A stretch of 64,000 nucleotides of DNA from Takakia lepidozioides (taxonomy: Eukaryota; Plantae; Bryophyta). Shown here piece after piece: positions 52,295-64,000 of this stretch (the stretch's first letter is position 1; every line of letters begins with the position of its first letter). The notes below the pieces were generated by a model that was not told the DNA's origin, did not search any database, and saw only the letters and a program-made list of their open reading frames with translations. The stretch covers positions 14,012,001 to 14,076,000 of the forward strand of contig CM060732.1 in assembly GCA_030704615.1 (NCBI GenBank). The letters are read 5' to 3'. The position numbers and the translations under genes were made by a program.

Positions 52295-53480
52295 GTCTCC
52301 GTGAGGGTTTGGATGAAAGCGTCCAAGGGCGGATTCTTCACCTCACATGTGGCACGAGCAAGCCTTCACGTGCACATTTTGTCCCCTGGCCCGATTGCAG
52401 TACATGGGACGTTGACGCCCGAGGTCCGTGAGACAATCTACAGATTGGGAGGCTTGTTCCGGTGGATTTGCTCCAAAGAGTTGGAGGAAGCGGATTTTCC
52501 ACGCATGAAGAAGGAGGCGGCGGAGGTAATGTGTATGTTGGAGATGAACCTTCATCCCTCTTTCTTTGACATCCATGTGCACTTGGTAGTGCACTTAGTG
52601 GAAGAGGCTTTGATCGTCGGCCCCGTTTATTCCTGAGCGTTACATGAAGACTTTGAAAGCATTTGTAAGACAAATGGCGCACCCGAAGAGTACGCCGCAG
52701 AGTGCATGCGGAGGGGTAATACATTTCAAGAACTATTTTCTAATTGCATTTGAAGTACATGGTAAGGGTGGATGATAAGCCCCTCGGATGTGGAAGCAGA
52801 GGAGGATGCACGAACCAATACATCGTGTTGCCCAAAAATCGAAGAGGGTAAAATTGTCGACCTTGGTTATTGGGCAAGCGCATGATTCATGCTGAAGAAC
52901 ACCCCATCCATACATGAGTGGAGGCAAGATACAATAACCTTGTTCAACACCAGAGGAGGGATGCTTGCATGGAGGCGGAACCATCCAAGGCCGGTTACTA
53001 GACGCCGTCGACGAGGAGCGGGCGCCGGAATGTTCTTCACAAGATTTGCCCGTGGAATTGCAGCCTTTAAGGTTCATTCCAACAGTGGCTCAAGACTCAA
53101 TTTATACGTCGTTTCTCAAGGGTGGGTGTTTCAGATATGGTGCAAGACCTTGCAAAGGGCTCATCTCAATTCGTGACCTCATACACACGGCGTTTTTGGA
53201 TCACGGTTGTCATTTCCGCATTCGTGCTCTGACATGAAGCGCAAACAACGTTTGATTTTGGCTGTGTGCCACATATTGGCAAGACTCCGTGTGGGGTAAG
53301 GGAGATACACGACCTGCTATGAGCAAACTTGAGTCATTGGAGAGCTTGAGAGCATACTCCAACTTCAGTATACAAGTACCGGACTCTTCTCTTCAAGGGA
53401 AGGTAAGTTCCAGCCACACTTGTGGGGCCCGCCACAACATAGTGCGAGATGATTGTGGGTTTCATGCACGTCAATGCAGA
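52295..53480 (+). mobile_element. Degenerate CACTA transposase remnant (DUF4218/DUF4216 region)
   Basis: FRWICSKE..LEMNLHPSFFDIHVHLVVHLVEEALIVGPV..ERYMKTLKAFVRQ; many stops and frameshifts; no TIR identified. Confidence 0.8.
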
Positions 53481-53485
53481 TAGGC

Positions 53486-55240
53486 TCAACCCTCGGAAAT
53501 GGGGAGGTTAAAGTTAGTGTGTAAAGCGGAGATACGCGCTGTGTGTATCCCTCCCCTGGTACCGGCAGTAATGACGATCAAGGGGCCTGTGGACCCATCC
53601 TTCGGCGGCGGAAGGCCAGGATGAGCGGGGCGTATTTTTTTTCTTTTCTCAAGCGTGGATGAGCTAAGGAACCGTTCATTGCAGTATGTAAACTCAATAA
53701 AATGTATTGTAAGGTGGGGGGAGGGGGCGTCCGGGGGTGGGGTGTTGAGGGGGAGCCCTTGCACAAGCAAGATGTCAGGGCAGAGCCTGGCTGGGCATTT
53801 ACAAGGTGAGGGTCGTCGGCATGTGCATGGTAGAAGCCAGGAGGGGACTGTGGGATCCGAGAGCCTGCCTTGGTATGTGCCTGCATTAATCAATGAGAAC
53901 CAGCGAGTTTCAGGTCTACGTAGGAGGAGTTTATGAATGTGCCATACGACATGGTTATGCCGGGTGACATGGAGGCCGTGGATGATGGGGTGAGGGCATT
54001 GACTGAGGAGGGTGCGGCCGTGTGCGATCAAACTTTGACAAGGTGAACTAGTTGCTTTAGAGATATAGCAAGATGCACGATTGCGGAGATGAGATTCCAA
54101 TCCGGGTGGTAAGTGAAGGAGGGTCGAGATAGGTGGTTGCGAATGAGAAAGATGGAGGTAAGACTGTCAGTGAAGATGTAGTTGGGGGGGGCGAGTTGGG
54201 TGAGGGCATCATGAATGGCCCTAAGCTCGGCCCGCAGTATGGTGTCTGGGCCAGGGAGCCGCATGGCACACCTTGGCATGGGTCGGCATGATAGATGTCG
54301 TAGCTGGCACTAGAACCCATAAGGGAACCGTCAGTATAATGTGAGTTAGCTAGTGGGTATCCATGAGTTAGAGGAGACTCGGATACTGGGGGGTTGGTGG
54401 GGGTTATCACAGGAAGTGGGGCGAGGGGGCGGGGAGGCCGCCTTAGACTAGGATGTGCATGGGACGATCCCACGGGGTGAGATGGTAGTGGTGGGTTGGG
54501 GAGGAGGACATGGGGAAATGGTAGCCTGCATGCTATATGTGTCTGTTAGAAGGCGTGAGAGGTGGTTAGAGAAGTCGGTAGGTATGGTTAAGTAGTTGCG
54601 GGGGCTGTGGATAATATATATAAGGGTCAGGGTAGGTTCCCGATGTTTTAGGTATTTGGGGAAGGGTGGGGTACTGTGGTACTGGGTCTGGTTAGGGTCA
54701 TTGGCAGCTAAGGGAGTGATTTCAGGGGGGAGCTGGAGGAGAGGGTGCGCGGAAGATGGCAACTGCTGATTAGTTAAGATGAGGATGGTGGCGGCTATTG
54801 GAGAGGACTGGGTGGCAAGGCACGCCCATTGGAGAGCGTCATGCATAAATTCCCCTGGGGGGGTTGCGTCAGGCCATGACCAGACCATTTATGATGTGTG
54901 AAGGGGCCGGAGGCACCAAATAGTCTCGGGGGTGTGGGCTTGAGTCTGAAGAGAGCTCCATTAGGCAAGTGAGGGGGCTGGAGAAGTATGAGTGTGTAAT
55001 TTGGAAAGAGGTTATAATAAAGGAAAGTAGATCAGTTGGGAGGGTAACATGGGCGTAAGCTTGTGTTAGTTTAAGCGGGGTGCGGGGTTTTTTCGGGGGG
55101 GTATCTTTCAAGTATCGTTCGACAAGCTAGTGGAGTTCTGTAGCGAAGTCTTTCTTAGGAGGTAATAGATGGCTGGGTGGTGGGTCAGAAAGAGAGAATC
55201 TATGCCATAGCCAGTCTTGATTTTCTTGTGTTTGGATCCC
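53486..55240 (-). mobile_element. Second Dualen/RandI-like LINE remnant: PCIF1-like MTase region, RNase H, RLE
   Basis: YFSSPLTC...RD-LFGASGPF..WSGHGLTQPP (about 55000-54860); HYTDGS, TILRAELRAI, YIFTDSLTS; LLSQC..VTRHN..CPDILL..FIEFT..VITAGTRGGIH. Clearly paralogous to 34642-36505. Confidence 0.8.
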
Positions 55241-55499
55241 CTCCACACTTGCATGCTTGACTGTGCGCCATGTTAGCTTTGTGTAGGCGCTTGTTTTCAT
55301 AGGAGGTTGGTCCGGATTTGATCACCGGTCAATCCTAGAGCGTGCTGTCGGTGGTGAGGCTGGGGTGATGACCAGTCAGACCATCATTGTTTCTCTTATG
55401 GCAAGGCTGGGTTGATGACCAGCAGACCATAGGAGTGCTTGCGGTGGATGCAGGTTGCAGGTTTATGTTACGAACCTAGTAGTCTAAGCCATAAGCCGC

Positions 55500-58400
55500 A
55501 ACAGGTTCTCTACCCGGTTACCTTGTAGAAAGGGGATTAGAGACAAGTTTACAACAGGTGTGGTTGTGAGTTTTCATCACGGAGGTGCCACCAGTTGCTG
55601 ATGAGAGTGCTGGTACGAGCACCAGCGATACTAGTGGGTATACAAGACGAGGTGTGCGGTTTAGGCCACATTCACCTTCAGTGTCTTCTGAGGAAGGTTC
55701 AGACTCAGAGTTAGGAGGATTCTCGCCGAGGGTGCAAGCCATTTCTGTGTCATTGTTTGTGGATCGATGGAAGAAATGTATGGAGCTACCAAGGGGCCAC
55801 GTCGGCTCTGGAGCTGTGGGCACCATCGAGCTTGATGATTTCATACAGGAGTTTGATAGTTGGTGTGATTTGCAGCAGATGTGCAATCCACAACTGTTGA
55901 CGTCTTTTATGGCATGGAAGGGGCTGTTTCAACACTTTGAGGGGCCGCCCATGGATGACTACCATGAGTTTAGGCGGGGACATGAGGTGGAGATTGAGGA
56001 ATGACGGGTGTATTGGTCACCTGACTATGTTTCCACTAGAGGCACAAGGGCAGTAGTGACACCGGCAGCTTCTGCAAGCAGCAGTGGGATGTCAAGTGGA
56101 ACAGGAGCTGGGAGGTCCACCCAAGCTCCTGCTGCAGCACCAACACCCATGCCTGCCTTTAACCCTTGTGGGGTTCTTCGAGGAGTTAAGGAGAAACTAC
56201 CAGGGGATAATGACGGAGAAATTGCGGAACTTGCAAGAGTTCCAACGAAAGCCTATTGAGAGTTTGAGGGAAAATTACACGCGCATGAGGCGATTGATAA
56301 ATGTAACCCAAGGGGTTATGGAAGCTCAAGCAGTCCAATTCTGGTATGGGATATTGGACAAGGAGCTGAGGAGAAGGGTGCGGGATGTAACTCTCCTACA
56401 AGTGGCCCAACCCACCTTAGCAAACGTGTTTTTGCTGGCAGAGCGGATAGAGCTCAATATGGTGGAGGAACGAGTGGTCATGGTGGGGTTCAGTAAGGAG
56501 ACACAATGAAGTGGGGCTCCTAGCCAACAACAACCACTACCCCAACGTGCTCAAGACAACAAAGGGGCTCAGACGAAGCCCTGGGAAGGACAGAGAGGAT
56601 CTCAATTGCAGAGGTCACTTCCTTTATTCTCAGACCAACAACAGTCGGGAGTGACATGTTGGGATTGTGGAGGACCCATGTTAAGAGATATTGCCCAGAG
56701 AGAGGCAAAGGGCCGGCACATGCACAGCCTACACAACCACAGTGTAGGCATTGTGGCAAGTATGGGCATGAAGAGACCCATTGTTATGACTTGCATCCTG
56801 AGCTACGGCCAGGCCAGTTCCAAGGAAACAATGGTGGCCAAGGATGAGGTAATGTATTCCAGAGAGGTAGAGGAGGCAGAGGTCGTGGTGGAGGTCGTAA
56901 CCAAAACCAAGGAGCACAGGGTCAGGGTCAAGGTCATGACCAAGGCATGGTGGATAGGCTTGCCCAGCTAGAGCAACGTCTTGCTACCATGGCCACTACT
57001 CATGTTGCGCCAGCTCCAAGGCGTGAGGTTCAAGCCCCACCTGCACAACCTCCTATGCCTAGGGAAGACCAGATTGGTATGGGCTTCATGTGTGGAGCCG
57101 CACTTGCAGGACCATTGCATGTGGACTCTGTAGCTGCTGTCACTCAAGAAGCAACGCGTGCTCCTGAGCCAAGAGGAGCGGATGTGGATTTTGATCCACA
57201 AAGAGGGGAAGCAAGTCGGCAGACAAGGCTTCCATAGTCTTTCACATTTGGCTGAGACAGTGCCAACTATGCCATCGATGGCACCCGCTCGCCCAAGTGT
57301 GTCAGAGGTAGAGCCACGAGTGCCATTGGGGAGATTTGATATGGCCTCGGGAAATGCCAATGGGTGGTACTGCAAAGCAAGGTGCGCCAGTACATTGTTG
57401 GGGCGGCTACGACAATTTTCCAAGCTCCATTGTTTTCTGCCACGACAATTGCAATGCCGGAGATGCGGATAGCTGTAGTGTTTATACTGGCAGCTGCACT
57501 CTGTGAGAGTGGTGATGCATCGGCATATCTGCGGGGATAGCGGATCAGGTGTAGTGCATGGATGCCCTGGATTCAAGGGTGAAGATAGCCACAGTTGCGC
57601 CATGGCAAGCGGCAGCTGCAAGGTTGCAGGAGTTGCCAGCTAGCCCAGCTATTGAGCGTAGTATGGTGATTCCTCGGGTAGTCCTGGTGGACAATCAGGA
57701 TGGTGTGTTTCAGTTGGGTGGCCCAGCCGGGAGGAGGTATAGGCCACTGCGGGTCTTGTTGGACTCGAGAGCACAGCCATTGATGTTGGGGAGAGCAGCA
57801 ATTACAGGCTTGGGCCTTACAGCGGCGGATTTGGAGCCTTGCCCTTTCCAATTCAAAACATCTTTGGGCGGTTCAGAGAAGGCACAAGGGATTACACGCC
57901 ATTAGCTCTTCATTCGATTGTAGCCAGATCATTCTACAGATGGCTCTGTCATGAGAGCTAAAGCCATTGTTACGGACGCGATGTCTTATGATGTGCTTGT
58001 TGGTGGGGCTGTGTTATACCTGATGGGCTTTACTTTGGACTTTTGGGAGGAAACAACATCCTATAGGCCGGAATGGCAGTCAGGTGATGGTCGACGTGCA
58101 CCGCTCCCAGTGCGGTTTATTGGGAATGTAGCGGTGGATCATAGGAACATGATGCCCACATTGGCTGCATTCTCAGAGATGGTGGCTTGGGGTGGTGAGC
58201 TCTTGGAGGGCAATAGCCATGCAGATGATAGGCCACCACCTGATGAGGACAAACAATTGGCATACAAGGCTGATTTGCTTCATCATGTGCCTGTTCATAC
58301 TCCACTGTGGAGTACAGTTGGGAATTTGCATCGAGTAGCAGGCGAGTGTGTGTACCAAGCATGGCAGGAGGCCTATCCATTGGTGAGTGAGGGGAGTTCA

Positions 58401-61400
58401 GTGACATCACCTGGACATCCTCAGTTAGCTCCTTTGGACACAATGCCCATTACCTGGCAACCACCTGACTCAGGGATTTGTTTTGCTGACCTGTTGGAGG
58501 CATGAACACTGGGCTTGCAGGAGTGTTGCAAACAGGGATTAAAGTACGCAAGTACTTGTATGTGGAGAAGGATGAGATAGCTCAGCGTATTTCTATGTGC
58601 CACATTGCCTTGCTCACACACCGGTATCCTGAGTTGTTGCCTCTCTCAGCAATTCAAGGGTATCAAAAGGCTTTGCCAGCAGACATTACCTTGCTGGGCG
58701 GCGATGATTTGGACCGGCATGGTGCCATTGACTGATGATTAGTTAGATGGCCTTGCCAATGACACTCCTCCCGCAGGTCATGGGAATGGCTTCATGATGC
58801 ACGATCGCATTTGTTTTGGGAGATGTTGAGAGTGTTGCGTGACTTGCAGACAATGCAAGTGCAACCTCTAGCCTATATCTTGGAGAATGTTCCTCTTATG
58901 GGGGCCAGGGTTATGGCCAGTGTGCATCAGGTGCGGTCTTGGGATTGGATCGGCGGTGCTATTGGATGTAGCACGTGGGATCACGCGCGCATCGACCTCA
59001 ATTATGGTGGACCGATCTTGCAACCACCAGAGCTGCTCAAGAGAGCATACGACCGTTCATTCAACGGCCACCCAATCTCACGGTTGAGGGCATTTTGGAC
59101 TAAGGGAGGCAACCACAGAGGGTGCGACATGATGACCATCCACCTCTAGCTGTGGTCAATCGAGTGGGGCATCCACGTACGGCCTGGCCTATGCTCATGA
59201 GCTTTCCCTCGTCTCATGCTTTTCGAGACAATGGTTCGGGGTTGATTTGGGACAGTGTGGCACAACATTGGTGGAGCCCAATGCAGATAGCGAGAGCGGG
59301 CAATGGGATTTGCCACGGGCACTACAGCTATGCCAGCTCTGTCAGAAGCATCACGCCGACATTTGTTGGGTCAAGCAATGGATTTAAATTTCTTGATATG
59401 GGTCATTGGCTTGTGCATGGCTGAGCAACAGAGGTTGCAGATAGTGGTGGCTACTTGTGCACTCCCATTTGGTATTGTATCCCCTCTGCCAACCGGGACG
59501 GTTGAGGCAGTGAGTGGGGGCGAGCACATGATCATGGGATGCAAACACCCATGGCAGATGTGGGATGAGATGCGGACAGAGAGAGTCCTTGGATCTCTCA
59601 AGCAGCAATATAAGGAGTGGGGAGAGCCATACACTGAGGATCATATGGAGGCCAAGGTGGCCAATGTTTTTGAGAAGGTTGAGAATGTTCTTCTTCTTTC
59701 CCTAGAGATGTTCGCAAGGTGGCTATGGCAGAGCAAGTGGAGGCTACGCCACGGTCAGGGTGGGCGGATAAGGTCCAAGAGGTTGCTATCTAGCAACCAA
59801 AGGATGCGTCTCCTACCTCCAAGCCCGGTGTACCCAAGGTTGCAGTCACTGAGGACAATTGGGAACCAGATGTTGGACCTACAGTCACCAGAGGAGAGAG
59901 ACGGAGGATCCAACGATTTCTAAGGGCTTATAGAAATTGCTTTGCCTTCAGTTTGAAGGATTTGGGGAGTTTGAAGGGCCAGGAGATTCGTATTGATTTG
60001 GCAAGTGATACGCCAATTTTTCGAAGGCCCTACAGGTATAGTGACATGGAGAGGTCTTTGATCTAGTCACGGACTATGAAGTTATTCAAAGCTGGATTGG
60101 TGGAGTTGTCAGGCGGGGAGTATGCCTCGGCAACGGTGATGCCAGCTAAGAAGGATATCTATGGCAATTGGACAGAAAGAAGGATGTGTGGGGACTATTG
60201 TCCTATGAACCGTCAGACTAATTCCGATAGATATGCCATGCCAACTCCAGAGGAAATCTTTGATGCCATTGGGCATGCGAAGGTGTTTAGCACATTGTAC
60301 TTGCGATCCGGTTACCACCAGTTGCCAATCAAAGAGGTTGACAATCAAAAGATGACATTCTGGGGGATTGACCAACATGGGAAGGATTGCTTGTACCAAT
60401 GGCGCTTCCTACCATTTGGGTTGAAGAATGCTCCTGCCGAGTTTCAGAGGGTCATGGATAGGATTCTTGCAGGGCTAGACTTTGTCCGGTGCTACATTGA
60501 TGACATCATCATCTTTAGTGCCACGGTTGAGGAGCATGAGAGACACCTTCAGGTGGTGTTTGAGCATTTGAGGGTGCATGGATTGAAACTGCACCCTGGA
60601 AAGCGCAAGTTCTTCCACGATCAGATTGAGTATCTGGGTCACATGATATATCCTAGAGGATTGGTGTGTTCAAAAGACGAAGGTGGAGGCCATTGCACGC
60701 ATTCCACGCCCCATCGATGTTAGCAGAGTTTGTGCTTTCATGGGGTTGGCAAACTACTATCGACGGTTTGTCAAGGGATTTAGTAGCATTGCAAAGGCTC
60801 TTACCAAGTTGACCAAGGTGGATCAGGAGCGGCAGTGGGAGGAGGAGCAGGAGGAAGCCTTTGAGGAACTCAAGGCTCGATTGACTTCTGCACCTATTCT
60901 GAGGCGGCCTATTCGGGGGCGGCCTTTTCAGCTACATACGGATTGGAGTATGTTGGGGATTGGAGCAGTGCTCACACAGGTGGATGACAAGGGAAGAGAG
61001 TTCGTAGTGGCATATGCCAGCCGCTTGAACAATGATGCTGAGGCGAAGTATAGCTCATATGAAGGGGAGTGTCTAGCTGCGGTATGGGCAGTGGCACATT
61101 TCAGATGCTACCTCTATGGCAACCTCTTCATCCTTGTCACGGATCACCAACCATTGAAGTGGTTGATGGAGTCAGACAAGCTTACAATGAAGCTTGCACG
61201 GTAGGCACTTATGCTTCAAGAGTACGACTTCCAGGTGGTGCATCGAGCCGGTATAGTCAATCGGGATGCAGATGGGTTGAGTCGTAATCCATGCACAAGC
61301 GAGCATGATGATACTGGAGCTCGGTGGCATGGTGAGACGGATGAGGAGATGGTGCCAGGATGGCATGCATCTGCCTTTTTGTGCATCCTAGCAATGGGAG

Positions 61401-62066
61401 CTCAATCTGGTCCATCCCATAGGATTGGTCATGAAGATGGTGTGCATGACGATCCGGAGATCAGTGAAGAGCTTGGTGGTGCTAAGGATTTGCATGAAGA
61501 TGCAGCAGTGTTGGCCTACCTTCGTACAGGTTAGACAACAGCCAGTGTGACTGCTAAGGAGAGAGATCGGATCCTACAATACGCCAAGAGGTTCAAGTGG
61601 GAGAGGACTCACCTACTCCGAGTATGGGAGGATGGACGAGTGAGGATTGATCTCATTCAACACAACGAGCGCGATTGGTACGCCATGCCATGGGGAGTTG
61701 GGACATTTTGGGATGCGGCGCACTCATAGTTTGCTGCAAGGATAGTACTGGTGGCAAGACATGCACACGGATGTGCAACAGTTAGTAGCAAGGTGCATGG
61801 TGTGTGATAGAGTGCGGGCTTCTTTCAATGCACCTACTCCACAATTGCATCCGTTACCCATTATGGGTTTGGGCTATTGTTGGAGTCTTGACTTCGCAGG
61901 CCCATTGCCACTAATGATTCGCCATAACAAGTATGTGCTGGTGATGGTGGAACATTTCTCCAAATGGATTAAACTGGTGGCATTGCCTGACAAGGCAAGT
62001 GAGGGGGCTGCGTATGCATTCTTAGATCGAGTGCTTAGCCAATTTGGTGCTCCAGCCGAGGTGCTC
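55500..62066 (+). mobile_element. Degenerate Ty3/Gypsy retrotransposon carrying a cytosine-5 DNA methyltransferase domain (gag-CCHC2-PR-DNMT-RT-RH-INT)
   Basis: Gag (LQEFQRKPIESLRENYTRM), Zn knuckles CWDCGG-HVKRYC and CRHCGKYGHEETHC, PR VLLDSRAQ, DNMT 58450-59420, RT (LPFGLKNAPAEFQR, YIDD), RH (LHTDWS..YEGECLA), INT (C..C, WSLDFAGP, HFSKWI). Interrupted at 62067 by a younger LTR. Confidence 0.9.
58450..59420 (+). pseudogene. DNMT3-like C5 cytosine methyltransferase domain within the Gypsy polyprotein
   Basis: After correcting single-base indels: motif I DL(F)GGMNTG, II YLYVEKD, IV IDL.I..WPCQ (PCQ 58751-58759), DARSHLFWEM, VI YILENV (ENV 58883-58891), VIII GSRAHRPQLWWTDL, IX EPNAD-RERAMGFATGTT, X SRRHLLGQAMDL. 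Confidence 0.88.
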
Positions 62067-62790
62067 TGTCGCGGCCCTTTGCCTTGAGGGCAGGGGGTCG
62101 GGACACATGAGGGGCTGCCCCTGTGGTGGGGGCAGCGGCAGCGATAGGTATGGGGGGGCTGAAGCACCCTTGAGTGCCCAAGGCACTCAAGGAGGCGGAG
62201 GCGCTCACTAGGTGGAGCCCCGCACACCGGGTTGCGGTGGAGGTGGCTCCACAAGGGGTGGTGGTAGCTTAGTGGGACTTAGTGGGGTGGCATAGGACTC
62301 ACCATGGGGTGGAGACCTCGAGGTGGGAGTCGTGGGGAGTCTTGGGACTCATCACGGTCCATTGGGGCCGCGGTGAGTGGGCCAAGACTCACCGCGACTC
62401 ACCACCGGGAGTCGAGGGTTTTCGTGGTGGTTCGCCATAAAATGGCATGGCTGGTTATGAAACCCCCGCGGACAGCTACAGAAGTATATATAGGGAGTAG
62501 TAACCCCGAGAACGGTGCAAGCCCGTTGGTGACCAAAAACTAGTGAGTAAGCGAGCGAGCCGGAAAGCGACCAAAGAGTGGGGAGCTGTTCCGGACTGCC
62601 ATCTACCAAAGGGAATTCTCCTAGTCCCAAATAGGTGGAGGGTTTAGAGGGAAGCGGAAGGGGACCGTTATGTCCCGGTGAGCAGCCGAAACTCCAAGTT
62701 GGCCCGGCGGCCAGGTTGGGAGTCAGGCGCGCGCATCAAAGCGAGTAACTATGACTTGAAGGGGAGTTTACCGAACTGAGGTGTGCGACA
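62067..62790 (+). repeat. 5' LTR (724 bp) of a young Ty3/Gypsy element
   Basis: TGTCGC...GCGACA inverted termini and an internal TATATATAG. It is immediately followed by a PBS and abruptly interrupts the integrase ORF of the DNMT element. Confidence 0.9.
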
Positions 62791-62792
62791 TT

Positions 62793-62804
62793 TGGTATCA
62801 GAGC
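62793..62804 (+). promoter_or_regulatory. Primer binding site complementary to tRNA-iMet
   Basis: TGGTATCAGAGC, 2 nt after the LTR terminal CA. Confidence 0.92.
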
Positions 62805-62845
62805 TTAGAGTTCAGTACGCGATCGTCCTTGGGATTGGCCTCATC

Positions 62846-64000
62846 ATGGGGTCGGGCAAGCCGAAGCGAAAGCGGAACGGCCCAAAAGATGATGATCCCG
62901 GTGAGCCCGATGGGGGCGACGTGTCACCGAGGCGGCCGTTTGAGGAAGCGATTAATGTTTCCGAAAACGAGGCCGCTCAGGAGCGGGAGGAATCCGAGGA
63001 GTCGGAGCCCGAGGAATCTTTGAGAGCTCCGACAAACCAAGAGATGCCTCCCATGCCGGCAGCCTTTTGGGAAGGGTTGTTGGCGCAGTTTGGCGGGACG
63101 TTGAAAGACGTGTTGAAGGCGGCTAATGCCACTTCCACCAAGGCAAAGTTTAAGGTGAAGCCTAAGGAACCCGGCACCTTCGAGGGCGTTCGAAACCGGA
63201 AGGCACTCAACACCTGGCTCCTGGAGCTAGAGCAGTACTTCCGGGCGGCCAAGTTGAGTGACGAGGATCGGGTGGAAGTGGCTCCCACCTATTTGAGGGG
63301 CTATGCTCAACAATGGTGGCAGAAACGCCTTCACGACCGAGGCCCAAGCCCGGAAACCTTGAACTGGAGTGAGTTCAAGGAATTGATGAAGAGACAGTTT
63401 GTGCCCCTCAACGCGTCCTGGCTTGCCCGGGACAAGATGAGGAATTTGAAGCAAACAGATGACATTCGGGGGTATGTCCAGGCTTTCAATGTGCTGTTGC
63501 TCGAAGTCGCGGACATGGCAGAACCAGAAATGGTCTTCAACTTTGTGGCGGGACTGGCCCCATGGGCTAGGCGGAAGTTGGAGGAGAAGCCACCCAAGAC
63601 TTTGAACGAGGCAATTGAGAGAGCTGAATGTTTCTCGGATGTCCCTAGGGGTGAGAGACAAGGCCGTACGGAGCTGAACCACAAGAAGACCCGGCGGGAA
63701 GGTGACTCCTCCCGACCGGAAAAGAAGTGGGATAGGCCACGCGGCGAAAATGGCACGTGGAAATCGAAGGGAGGTCCTTCACACGTCAAGGCGGCACCCG
63801 GTGCTTCGAAAGGAAAAGCGGGTGGAGCGACTTATGGCGGACAGAAGGCGACCTTTGATGGAGTGTGTTTCAATTGCGGGGAGCCCGGGCACATGGCCAA
63901 GAAGTGCACGAAGCCCCGGCAATTGAACATGACTCGGGCGACCACGGAGCTGTCGGAAGATACCATCAGTCGCTTGGTGGAAGCGGTGGTCGCCAGGACT
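62846..64000 (+). CDS. Intact Gag(-pol) ORF of a chromovirus-like (Galadriel-type) Ty3/Gypsy element, running off the window
   Basis: Open frame from ATG 62846: KPKEPGTFEGVRNRKALNTWLLELEQYF...YLRGYAQQWW...LKQTDDIRGYVQAF...FVAGL...CFNCGEPGHMAKKC; no stop before the window end. Confidence 0.9.
   Translation, partial: MGSGKPKRKRNGPKDDDPGEPDGGDVSPRRPFEEAINVSENEAAQEREESEESEPEESLRAPTNQEMPPMPAAFWEGLLAQFGGTLKDVLKAANATSTKAKFKVKPKEPGTFEGVRNRKALNTWLLELEQYFRAAKLSDEDRVEVAPTYLRGYAQQWWQKRLHDRGPSPETLNWSEFKELMKRQFVPLNASWLARDKMRNLKQTDDIRGYVQAFNVLLLEVADMAEPEMVFNFVAGLAPWARRKLEEKPPKTLNEAIERAECFSDVPRGERQGRTELNHKKTRREGDSSRPEKKWDRPRGENGTWKSKGGPSHVKAAPGASKGKAGGATYGGQKATFDGVCFNCGEPGHMAKKCTKPRQLNMTRATTELSEDTISRLVEAVVART

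Noticed and set aside
55240-55503. 5' LTR/PBS of the DNMT-bearing Gypsy element
   Set aside because: A possible end ...GCCGCAACA at 55503 exists, but no second LTR or recognisable PBS is in the window to confirm it.

Overview
Eukaryotic plant genomic DNA with spliceosomal GT-AG introns. The gene and TE repertoire suggests a non-seed land plant (bryophyte, lycophyte or fern); this is inference. Host genes: the 3' part of a callose synthase (1-9116,+), an intact tRNA adenosine deaminase TAD2 (39966-42466,+), and a frameshifted DeSI1/PPPDE gene (42966-49131,-) with a TSD-flanked LINE in an intron. The rest is a nested TE landscape: Helitron-like 3'-terminal repeat arrays with captured SERK and TPP2 fragments; a complete 12.6-kb CACTA element (17148-29747, TSD CTT); an Athila/Tat-like Ty3/Gypsy remnant; two RNase H + restriction-like-endonuclease (Dualen/RandI-like) LINE remnants; a second CACTA remnant; and two nested Ty3/Gypsy elements. 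The main observation is that three unrelated TE classes each carry an epigenetic or transcription-modifying enzyme domain. (1) A DNMT3-like cytosine-5 methyltransferase sits between PR and RT of a Ty3/Gypsy polyprotein. (2) An FCP1/NIF-like HAD phosphatase is spliced into the TnpA-like gene of the CACTA. (3) A PCIF1/CAPAM-like N6-adenine methyltransferase fold lies upstream of RNase H in a Dualen-like LINE. Other signals are a structured RNA (two GNRA tetraloops plus a loop-E motif) in a LINE 3' UTR, a 2A-like peptide, and a mosaic of PPR motif fragments. All domain calls are by-eye motif recognition, not database searches.
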